NCBI GenBank assembly: GCA_024704765.1
Contig: JAKMXF010000296.1
Span: 195,307 to 259,306, forward strand
Length of the DNA stretch: 64,000 bases
Direction of reading: 5' to 3'
From: Oopsacas minuta
Taxonomy: Eukaryota > Animalia > Porifera
Shown: positions 53,513-64,000 of the stretch, one piece after another
How the letters are laid out: every line of letters begins with the position of its first letter
Position numbering within the stretch: the first letter of the stretch is position 1
Notes under the pieces: generated by a model
The model's database searches: none
What the model saw: only the letters and a program-made list of their open reading frames with translations
What the model was told of the DNA's origin: nothing
Made by a program: the position numbers and the translations under genes

Positions 53513-55336
53513 TATAATGAATGATTAATATTGAATTAGTCTTGTGTGTCTAAACCGAGGAAATGTAACGACGAAATTCATAGAGTAATTATTGAACCTA
53601 TCTAGAACAAGGCTTATAAGATCATTTATATGAAAGCAGATAAATTTTACACAATTTTTGGTAGAGATAATGGTCTATTTCCAATTTGACCAATATATAC
53701 CAAGATTAGCCAAATTGACTAAAGTGGCCAAACATCACATACCCTGAAAATCTCAAAAGCAATAGATCCTGATTAATCTGGATGTGATCATATTCAAATA
53801 TTGTTCGAAATTGTGGCAAGAGCACATCGAATTTGAGAAAATCTTATCTATAAACAAAAATTCCATGGCGTTACATATTGTGCCAGTGTCTATTTCCTGC
53901 GTTTGAAAGTTATTGATCCAGTTTTCAGATGAATTAGCTCAATTATTAGGAAAAAATATTTGTTGACAAGAAATATTAACTACCTTCAGATTTGTTTCAT
54001 GAGATTTCCATCGATTTACCTCAAATATAGCTGCAATTACATATTATGCCATGTTTTTATGAAGTTGTTTAGAAAGATATATTAAATGGATTATTTCTAT
54101 TTCTAAACCTAACAATGCATGATCAATTTTGGATATGCATGGCCAGATGGGCCCTGATCAAATTTTCATGACAACAGCACTCGTCCTTATTGCAAGGGTA
54201 GGCATCAGAGTGGGCAATGAATCATAGGCGTAGTTAGGTGGTTGCTATGGGTTGCTGGCAACCCCAGTGAACGCTGGACAATTGGGGATACAAGTAATGA
54301 ATGTATGATTGGAGTTGCTAGCAACCCCAGGGGAAATCTAAAAATGGAATGCTAGCTAAGCCTCTGTCCTTAAAACGCAGAAATATCCTATATAAAGGTG
54401 GAAATTACACTAAATCTGGCGTGCCTAATTCTCAAGATGTGACTTGAGGTCAAGGCAAACTCGCAAAATTAATCATCCAAAACGGGGTAAGCGCGTTTGT
54501 AGGGAACTTTGGATAACGAAAAAAGCGATACAGGAAAGGAAGGGCGAAATAGTCTAAAGTCTAGTGGACGTTGTGGCCCTAAATCGTTATTGTTTTTGGG
54601 AAGTTAGGGTTTTGAGGATCCCTGGTTCTATGACTAAATTACTAGCGATTCCGGAAATTGGCAAAAGAATTATTTACAATTAGTTTTATGCAAAGGAATA
54701 GACTAGTTCATTTGTATCATCAATGATGTAAAACTTTTAATCGTTGTATTTAGAATTTTCACGCTATCCAAACAACAGTTCCGACTACAATAAGAATGGC
54801 GAACTATTCATATTGTTATCGGAAATGTTGTTTAGATATCGTGTGGTTTGCTCCTCGAGGTTGGACGGAATGATTTGTAAAAGTGTTCGATCCCTAGCTA
54901 TGACCCGTGGACAATTAAAGAAGCAAAGGTTTCGACTTTTAATTTGAAGGCCGGTATACACTCGCGAGGGAGACCTGACAACCAATTCAGTAACAAATTT
55001 GTGCCAACGAGCGACCCCAAGGTCACCTGTATTGAATCTATATGTTCAAAAGGCATTGACTTAGATTCTTCCTTGTACCCGTTGTAGCGGGGTTTCGGTT
55101 ATCTCAATGTACATATCTTTCCTGCGGGTTTATCCAGATTATCTACTGTATTAATTACAGTTTACATATTCCCTAGCTATGACCCCGTGAATAATTAAAG
55201 AGGCTATTTAACTTTTGAGTTAAGTCACTGTATGCATGGTCAAGAGAATACGTGGTTAGACATCTTGAAAGCTGTGCTAAAATCAGTACGGAACAAATTT
55301 GAATATGCATTGACTTCTAACTAATTCCACTTTACC

Positions 55337-58300
55337 ACGAGTGTGAGGTTGGCTGTTTATTCGAGCAGCAGTACTTCAACCATTAATTAGACTAACTTCC
55401 CATGGTCAGAATGTAAATATCTTTGGACCATCCGAAAGAAGAGATACGGACGTTTCTAAAAATGAATTTATCTTTTCCAAACTTTTATGTTTTCTATTAG
55501 AAATTGGTGCATCTAACCAGCAGTAGTTCACATGTGAATTTAGTATACTTAAATACAAATTATTTTATCTTGAAATCATGGGCATGTATTCCTGCTGTAT
55601 GGACGTTTATGTGTTTAGAATATTATGCTAAAATAGTTAAAACCTTTTGAGAAAATTATGTTTGAAAACTGTCTTGTTTGAGTCGAGTCTCTATTGGATT
55701 TGTATTAAGCACACAAATTTAATGAAACATTCTAATCCATTCTAACTATAGTAACGTATACAGATCACTGTAATATCTATTCTTTGATCTCAGTTGGCTC
55801 ATTATCAATTATTTAATGAATTATACAATATACGAAGTAATTTCAATTATGTCATAAAATTAAGTTTCCATAAATTCCAAAATAGATTAAATATAATCAA
55901 TGTGCAAAAGTCGAGTAAAAATGAATAATCAAATTATCAGATAATATGATTTTGCGTAGGTTTGATTTATAGTGTCACGAGCTGATGTATTTAGTTGTTG
56001 TGTACCTCTCAAGTATGCAGCAGAAGCTATGAAGCTATATATGGACTCACATATATATTGTGTTAGATTATTTATCTTCACTTTACTGTCATCAAAGTCT
56101 ATTTCTATCGTTTGTCTTTTTATTGTTCATGGCTTGTATGGCGCAACATTATGCTACAAAAGATACGGTGTGTTGCAGAGCATTAAAGGAGCGCCCTTCC
56201 ATTTTGAAGAACGGTACCTGGAGCTCGATCCATTTATGATTCAAGAACGGAAAGTGGAGCGGCGCTCTATTTTTCAAGCAGCGCGCTCCTATGTAGTTGC
56301 AAACAATATACAAATTTCATCATTATTCTGCATAAAATTCAGTAATCTTGCTATAAAAGTGGATGCTGTGACACCTTTGTATAATTCATAATTTATTGAA
56401 ATCGTTTGACGTTGCACAATAAATAATTCCCGTATACACAATGGTTAAATAAAATAAGGATTGCTTAATATACAAATCTCATGTACTTCTGAAGGAATGA
56501 AAGTATAGCAATTGGAGAGTGCAATCTATTTCTGAATAAGGAGCGGAGGTGGGAGCGCTTAATGCTCTGCTATGGTGGTAGTACTTCCCAGCTAATACAC
56601 CTATCAATGGTTGTCCCACCTCCTCAGTTCGGGCCTACATGGAACAAAGGTGGTGGGGAAGTGACACGAAGATTTTTCAATTTTCCAGCTCCTGGGCCAT
56701 TTCAAATGTCAAATACCCCATAGGCGCCACTCAATTTGGTCAGGGTGGCTTAAACACATGTAAACCCTAGATATTTATTTAGAGAATTTTGGTTACAATT
56801 CATTGTGTCTACTAATAAATCTAATCTCTAATATAAATGATACTAACAAGTCTTAAAGTGCAAGAAGTTTTCTATATTTCTGGGAATTGCGAAAGTTATT
56901 TCCCTCTGCTCAATTAAATTTCTAATAGAATTTCGAACCTGAGACAAAACTTATTACAACTAGGAATAATTATCTACAAGTATAAATATAAATGCTCAAA
57001 AAAAACAACATAGGTGCTCTAGTTATATTCGATAATAGATAATACAAATAGAATTATAACCTCAATAGATAATACTAATTATAATTATAACACTTACATT
57101 TAGAAAACACATGTCTGGGGATAAATGCAAGAAGGGTATTTGACAAGTGACAACCAATATTAATCTCGCAATTAACAAATCAGAGTGGGTAAAACCCACC
57201 CTAAAAGTATCAGGGTGGGTCAAAATCCACCCGACCCAGCCTGTTTTGGCGCCCCAGAAATACCAATTCCCTCATAAATCCTCACTTATTGCCAGGACCC
57301 GACTGGAGCGCCTAATTACCATTAGCCTATCATCTTCCAAATCCTGTCCAATTGGATCCCAACATATTTCCTCATGATTATCATGAAAAAGATGCAGATT
57401 CCAGGCAATGGACAATATCTCGATATATTGTGGCAGTTTGAATAGATAGAAAATCCTTTATTGAGAAAGAGTCGAGGCAATAACTCGCAATCAACGATTT
57501 CGTTGTACTTTGTGGAGATGGTGGACATGGAGAAAGCGATTTACACGGTATGAAATCTATTGATGGCTGAGGCGAGACTGATGGATCGATTACTCGCTCG
57601 AATATCACACGGATATTGTGTGAATTATTTTTTCCATTTCAAATAAATAGATTTTCGTTGAGTAGGATTATTGCGTCCATGTAGTTGTTTCAAATAATGT
57701 CCCAAATAGAATGGCTAACGCTAGGGCCAACAGAAAGTGAACTCAGAACCTCTTTGTATGAGTTGAAAGTGGATTCGATAAACAAAAGTAACAGCTGAAG
57801 CTCTCGTGGAACCAAAAAGGAAACATAAAATACTATATGTGCCGTACTCACCAGAAAACTTGTCAAGAATAATCTAACTTCTGTTATAGCAATTGACTAT
57901 TACATATCTCACGCGCATTCCGATGAGACAGAAATTATAGAAATAGAAAGAAAGGTAGTTACATTTTGAAATATTAATTCCACCTGAAGTTATGAAACTA
58001 TTTGGTTCCATTGAAGGATGGTCGAAACGAAGTATATTCTAAAATGTTAAGAAAATTATACAATCTTCGATATATAGAGCAGAATTTAGATAAATTTATC
58101 CTCGAATAACCGCCCCCTGATGGAACCTCGAAATATATAATCATCCCGCGTACTATTCGAGAAATACTGTATGTTGAAAATAGACAACACACCTCAGCCA
58201 ATAAGACTTGTATAAGAGTTCGGATTTGTAGATCTACAAATGAGAAGGATTTGTAGAGTCGTGAAAGATTTTGTAATGAAAGTGAAAATATAATCGAGAT

Positions 58301-59090
58301 TGTTAATGAATAGATGAAATATAAGATAATATTTATAGTAATACGAAAGGACTATTTCAAGAGGTTTACTCTTCAGCAACAGTTTATTGTATTTCAAATG
58401 GGGAAATTTTCATATGAAAATGCATCATATTTAATGATTTTATGTTACATCTAACCATATTTGATTAATTCATTGAAATTTAGAAAATAACTCTGAATTA
58501 TTAATTTCAACTCGACATATGGAACAGTGATTATATTTAATCTATTTTGGAATATATGGAAACTAAATGCCATGACATAATTGAAATTAATTCGTATATT
58601 GTATAATTGATTGAATAATTGATAATGAGTCAACTGAGATCAAAGAATAGATATTACAGTGATCTGTATACGTTACTATAGTTAGAATGGATTAGAATGT
58701 TTCATTAAATTTGTGTGCTTAATACAAATCCAATAGAGACTCGACTCAAACAAGACAGTTTTCAAACATAATTTTCTCAAAAGGTTTTAACTATTTTAGC
58801 ATAATATTCTAAACACATAAACGTCCATACAGCAGGAATACATGCCCATGATTTCAAGATAAAATAATTTGTATTTAAGTATACTAAATTCACATGTGAA
58901 CTACTGCTGGTTAGATGCACCAATTTCTAATAGAAAACATAAAAGTTTGGAAAAGATAAATTCATTTTTAGAAACGTCCGTATCTCTTCTTTCGGATGGT
59001 CCAAAGATATTTACATTCTGACCATGGGAAGTTAGTCTAATTAATGGTTGAAGTACTGCTGCTCGAATAAACAGCCAACTTCAGATTCGT
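55337..59090. mobile_element. Unclassified long-TIR DNA element (3754 bp; ~590-bp arms; 8-bp TSD)
   Basis: 55348-55795 is the exact reverse complement of 58632-59079 by manual comparison. The arms continue inward at roughly 80-85% to ~55925/58500. Flanks are ACTTTACC (55329-55336) and ACTTTATC (59091-59098). Confidence 0.85.
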
Positions 59091-59697
59091 ACTTTATCTT
59101 ATTATATTCATAATCAGCGCAAATTTCGGCATCGTTTGTGTAGTCACTTGACTATATTTGTGGAGATTATTTCCCTAGCAACGCAGGAATGTCCCAGTCA
59201 ATTCTTAAATTTCGTCCTAATCGCATCTAGTGACCACTCTTTAGAAGCCGCTAGGCTAGTTGAGTCTATTTACACACATCGCAACCTTCCATTTCGTGAT
59301 TCTTGTCTATGTTCCAACTTTATATCTTGTATACGGAGTAGATAAAATATATTAGGGCAGGTATCTAAATACATCGTGGGATTTGTCATTAAAGCATGCA
59401 AATTGGCACATTCATACATCATGATCTAGAAATAAGTTTTAGTTATGGAGCCATTCTCAAATCACCGTATATCAACCTTGCGGGCATTTTCATGTGCTAC
59501 TTTTGGACATATTTTGATATTCAAAATGACCATAACTTCTATGATATATATCTAATCCCATTTAAATATCGATGTTCGTAATCAGAGCAAATTTCCACGT
59601 CCTGTAAGTGACCACTCGAGTATATTTGGGAGTATGTTTTCCTATCTTCACAGGAATGTCTCTGAAATATAACAACATTCCATTCTATAATATATCC

Positions 59698-59912
59698 TGA
59701 CATCTCGTTCGACGCTGCTTGGCTAGCTGAGCCCAGTTTATAGAAACCGATCTTCTAGATTATTTTTGAACTAGATTTTATGAGATTATGCCCAGCGGCC
59801 AATGTTCTTATAAGCTCTTCAAATACTTCATATAGATACATATGATAATTTAGATGGTCGATTGGAGGAAAACTAGACTCAGCTAACCTAGCGGCGTCGC
59901 AAAAAAGAGTCA
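59698..59912. repeat. Short TIR element of the same family as 20956-21917
   Basis: TGACATCTCGTTCGACGCTGCTTGGCTAGCTGAG on the left; inverse TGACTCTTTTTTGCGACGCCGCTAGGTTAGCTGAG on the right. Confidence 0.5.
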
Positions 59913-60376
59913 CCCTATGGGGTTAGTACGAAAATTAGGGAATGGGATGTTATCACATTCAGTGAACATTCCTGCATTACTCTTACGTTGCTATGTAAAA
60001 AGTATAGTCAACTATCACTCAATCAACGCAGAAAATTCCACTGATTACGAATATCGAATGACAAAATAGTTGAATTCTGTACATGTTATATTTCACGTAC
60101 GAGCTCTAAGATCCCGGGATAGTAGGGATAGCAAAGAATACATGAAGCATATAGTTACACACTTTGGGTGATAAATTAGGGAGGTTACCAAAACGGTACG
60201 TCACGTATTTAGGGCATCTACATTTTCCGAGACTGTAACGTCACGTCACTCCAGGGCCCGGAAATAATGGACGTCCCTAAATCTGTGGTGATGGATGTGA
60301 AAATAAATATAATCTAAGCCATTCGTAAAGTGAACAGACAACTTAGCTAGAATTATAAAAAGTAAGAAATCCTCAC

Positions 60377-60845
60377 CTAGGGCCTCAAGAGATGCCTCTT
60401 TCAAATTCTCACTATGAGAATTAACAGTGATGAAACCAAGTAAAGAATTTATTAGTTCGGGCCATTGACCTTCGGGTAATTCTGCACAACCAATAGCTGC
60501 AATAACTTGAGCAGCAGAAGAAGGACGAAATTGTTCTGTACCAAGTGTCTGCAAAATATTAGATTTAACTTGTACTCGGACATGCTCCTCGGCAGCAAGC
60601 CACCTTTGTCGAAACTCGAATCGCAGAGATTCATCCTTTGAAGTTAGATAATTCTTTAGTTGTAAACCTGCAGCCATTCTAACTATGCCACTTTTCGTCT
60701 GATCGACTAATTCTTTAGAAAGCTCCAGCAAGAATAGTGAAAGGTTCTTAGCAGCAGCATCTTCAAGGTATCTTTGAGCATTTTGGAGCTGATTTTTATC
60801 ATTAGAAATAGTAGCCTCAAGGATAGTGGAGAGAGAAACATCCAT
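60377..60845 (-). CDS. KPNB1: Importin subunit beta-1, coding exon 1 (156 codons + 1 nt)
   Basis: Translation MDVSLSTILEATIS...RMAAGLQLKNYLTSKD...RQRWL...AAQVIAAIGCAELPEGQWPELINSL...LKEASLEAL is the IBN_N/HEAT N-terminus of importin beta. Homology stops at a phase-1 donor CTAG|GTGAGG (intron starts 60376). The last ~43 codons of track ORF 60246..60845 are intron read-through. Confidence 0.95.
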
Positions 60846-61176
60846 TAATATATTATAGACAACAATATAAGAACAATAAATAGCTAGGAAAAGTCAGATT
60901 AAATAAGAGGCACCAAAGATAGCAATGCACAGATTTATCAAGTTAAGTTAATCACCAAAATTACTGATTAGCCACCAAAATTCATTAGGTGATGGCTAGG
61001 TTAAGCATAGAAATTTGAATTACAGTCAAATCACTTAATGGGAACACCTGTTAAGGAATAAAATAGTGAACACCCTACTATCATCTATTGAAACTTTCGA
61101 AATGAATTATCATAATATCTTATTCACCCATGATTATTTCAAAACAAAGCTTCTTGTATTTTTAAATAAATGGCAC

Positions 61177-64000
61177 TAGGGTTTGCAATCCCGAACCAAA
61201 TTTTCTAATTCCGGGATTGTATATTATGCCCTAAATAATTTGCTTAAGTTAGCACATACTTTATGAAATTTATTTGAAAAGCTTTAATGAATAGACTAGA
61301 TGATTACTACAATAATGAAGAATAAATGAATGTAATAATATTAAGTGTATAATGAGTTATTGATAAGAGTTAGTGAATATTTATTTAGGAGCGATTGTTT
61401 CTAATAAAACAAAGATTGTTCAGCGTTGTACCACCAAGTCTACTTCTGAATCTATTGCATAGGTATGCACAAGAGGAAAATACACGTTCTGCGTCGACAG
61501 AGGTTGGAGGAACTGTGAGTAGCATTTGGTAAATCATTTCCAAAAAATGCCCTCTCTTCCCAGTCTGTTCAGCTATAGTGATTTCATATTTTAGGATAGA
61601 TGACAATGATTTCTTTGGATTGGTTATCTGTTGACTGGGTACCTGTAGGATGCATCAATTGCTAGTTGGAGCTTCTTCGCTACTGGTAAATCACCTTGAT
61701 CTGAACTTTGTAATTAGGCACATTCACTTCATTTTCCTCCAACAGTTTTTCTTCGTCCTCCGCTTTCTGCATTAGTCTTGAAAGCAAGTCGTTGCAAAAT
61801 GTCGTTATTAAACATCTTTTTTCTAGTTGTGCTTGTGGATTGTGTAGGCATTGTAGAATTACAGATGCATCTGTATACCGCTCCTGGACAATGCGTTGAT
61901 TAATAGCTTTTGGGATTGCTTCATTACAGGGTGGCTTTTAAGTTCTGTCCCATGCAAAAACTATTATTTATCAATATATATATATAGCTTGGTAATGATA
62001 TTTATTGCTCTAATTTATGATTCAGAGACAAAACATATTTCGCGAATTTTATTCAATATAGCCTCCCTCATTTTGTATTACACGTGTAATTCGATCTGGC
62101 AAGGCCTCAATAGCAGCACGGAGGGTTTTTTGGGGAATTTTATTCCACTCTTGGCAAAGTTTCCTCTTCAGTGACTTGATACTTGTGTGAGAGTTAACAC
62201 AAGCTTTCGTCTCGAGAATTGACCACACAGAATAATCCATGGGATTCAGGTCAGGACTGTAAGGAGGCCATTCTTCCTTGGTTATAAAACCAGGAAAATT
62301 GTCATGTAACCATGACTGGGTAACATTAGAAGTGTGTGCTGGCGCCCCGTCTTGCTGGAAAACAAATGAAGTACCTCCGAACATGTCTCGGCCTATATTC
62401 TTCAATACTGGCTCCAAAACCATTTCTCGATAATTAATTGAATTGATTTTTACCCCTTGTGGTACAAAAACCAATGGTGTCCGGCCCATTTTTGACACCC
62501 CTGCCCAAACCATCACCGACTTAGGGTTCTGTATTCGGCTAACATATCTGAACTTCTCGTCGACTTTGGAAGGAGATGATGCAAGTATACGATCATTTTG
62601 TACATTGGTTGCCTCCTGGATAGTGAATATTTTCTCATCTGAAAATAATATTTTTTCTAGATTTTCAACAGCGTACCGGCCCAACGCACCTTTGCATCTT
62701 GCAACCCTTTTTCCTTTACCAATTGAGAAAGGAAGTGTACCTTCTTACGCTTGAATGAACTCATCCCTAAATCCCTTTTCACAATTTTAGTTATTGCACA
62801 TCTTGATACTTTCAGATCTAGAGCCATTTTCCTTATGGAACGTCTAGGATTTCGGCAAATTCGCTGGGCGATGACTTTCCATAAGCTGGGGGTGGTTACT
62901 GAGCACGGACGGCCTGATCTCGCCCTATCTTCAACTTTTTCCAGTATCCTTGTATCGCCTAATAGTGCGGTATACAAATTTCCTTCTGTTTAGAGGGGGT
63001 TCAGGAGCTTCAAAATTTCCCTTGAAGGATGTCCTTTTGTAAATAATTCTACAATTGCCGACCTCTCACGTTCCATCACTAATAAAATTGAAATTTCTCT
63101 ACAATTGTACTCTGAAACTGTATATTTATGTTAAATACAGTATAATAAGGTAAACTAATAAGATATATCTAATAGCAAAGACTCAGCATGGAAAAATGAT
63201 TCTTATAAATCATGGGACAGAACTTAAAAGCCACCCTGTAAGACCTGAATGGGAACTTAGTAACTCATCTAATAGAAATTTAATAATTACTTCTGCCGTA
63301 ATCAAGTTTGCGTCCCGCCTGCATAGTGCCTCTAGTGCAGCTTTGATTGGCCCCAGAGAGTGGATTATTCTTGAGATTTCCGTAATTTCATGATCGCTAA
63401 GATTTATCACTTCCTGAAGGTCCAACAATACTTTTTGAACAGGCAGCTTAATCTTGACTTTCGTTCAAACATATTCAATATGAACGCCACCTAGTCTTAC
63501 AATCGAGTGTCAAATTTAGACCATTTGGATAAATTTCCTTCACATAACGTTGTAATACATCATTTTTCAAAGGTGAGCGTTTAAAGATCTTGACAATTTA
63601 CGTATCTTATTCGTTAACTCAAGAATATCAAAGCGTAGACAATTCGTATTTCTTGAGCAACATCAGCTAGTACGATTAATCCATCAGTCTCATCATCTTC
63701 ATCCGCTATTTCTAAATCACTTTCTTCATCAGTTTCATTCGCACTTGAATAATAGGAAAGTTCTCCTGTGTTATGGGATTTAGAATAGAATACATTTTGA
63801 ATTACAAGTGGAAGATCATGTGCATAAAATAATTGCTGGAATAGTTGTATTATACGTCCGACTTTTCTCATCATGGCACAACCGTCTGTTGTTATAGCTA
63901 CAATATCAGATCCTAAATCCATTCCAAATTCATTGAGCTTCATTGATATCACTTCGGAACACTTTTCTGCCGAAAATCTACCTCTTATCCTGACCAATCC
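61177..64000 (-). mobile_element. hAT transposon relic (continues past the window end), interrupted by maT
   Basis: Motifs AITTDG, YAHDLPLVIQ, LEALCRRDANL and LLTVPPTSVDAERVFSS..RSRL (dimerisation domain). The terminus TAGGGTTTGCAATCCCG is at 61177. Confidence 0.85.
61927..63238 (-). mobile_element. maT-family transposon (DD37D), relatively young
   Basis: Perfect 28-bp TIRs CAGGGTGGCTTTTAAGTTCTGTCCCATG flanked by TA. Motifs LFSDEKIF, FQQDGAPAH and WPPYSPDLNPMDYSVW (37-residue spacing). ATG at 63076; only frameshifts in the 5' half disrupt it. Confidence 0.96.

Larger units (their letters stand above)
15858..60376 (-). other. KPNB1 intron 1 (~44.5 kb, GT-AG), filled with transposon relics
   Basis: Bounded by the donor at 60376 and the acceptor AG at 15859-15858. 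The protein sequence is contiguous across the junction, leaving no room for an intervening coding exon. Confidence 0.85.

Noticed and set aside
55972-56391. 139-aa ORF inside the long-TIR element
   Set aside because: No recognisable motif; it overlaps AT-rich sequence and GGAGCG-rich subterminal-type repeats.
60195-60280. Two ACGTCACGT (CRE-like) motifs near the intron 1 donor
   Set aside because: They coincide with a ~70-bp TAGGG-ended mini inverted repeat; no evidence of regulatory function.
60246-60376. C-terminal 43 codons of the 199-aa ORF (EDFLLFII...)
   Set aside because: Lies past a GT donor, and importin homology resumes in exon 2 at 15857; this is intron read-through.
1-64000. CRISPR arrays, rRNA/tRNA genes, RAG2-like gene, importin exon 3
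   Set aside because: No regular repeat-spacer arrays, no recognisable structural RNA, no kelch/PHD ORF and no VVCEATQ-type exon were found by eye. A short or diverged exon could have been missed.

Overview
AT-rich eukaryotic (animal, probably non-bilaterian or marine invertebrate; this is inference) genomic DNA. The only intact host gene is importin subunit beta-1 (KPNB1) on the minus strand. Exon 1 is at 60845-60377. Exon 2, missed by the ORF track, is at 15857-15661. They are joined by a ~44.5-kb GT-AG intron 1, and intron 2 appears to run off the left edge. Nearly everything else is intronic transposon debris. It includes Tc1 (DD34E, DD37E), maT (DD37D), mariner (DD34D), pogo (DD32D), at least three hAT relics (two with resolvable nested insertions), a non-autonomous Helitron-like family, OTU-protease, gypsy and possible LINE fragments, MITEs and foldback palindromes. 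The most notable items are: (1) three separate RAG1-like/Transib transposase fossils, one near full length with D/D/E residues and a decayed CCHC C-terminal tail, and no RAG2-like partner visible; (2) an unclassified 3.75-kb element with ~590-bp terminal inverted repeats (448 bp perfectly identical), an 8-bp TSD and a second diverged copy; (3) a decayed centrosomin-motif (CM1) gene fragment nested antisense in the importin intron. All translations and alignments were done by eye; no database searches were run.
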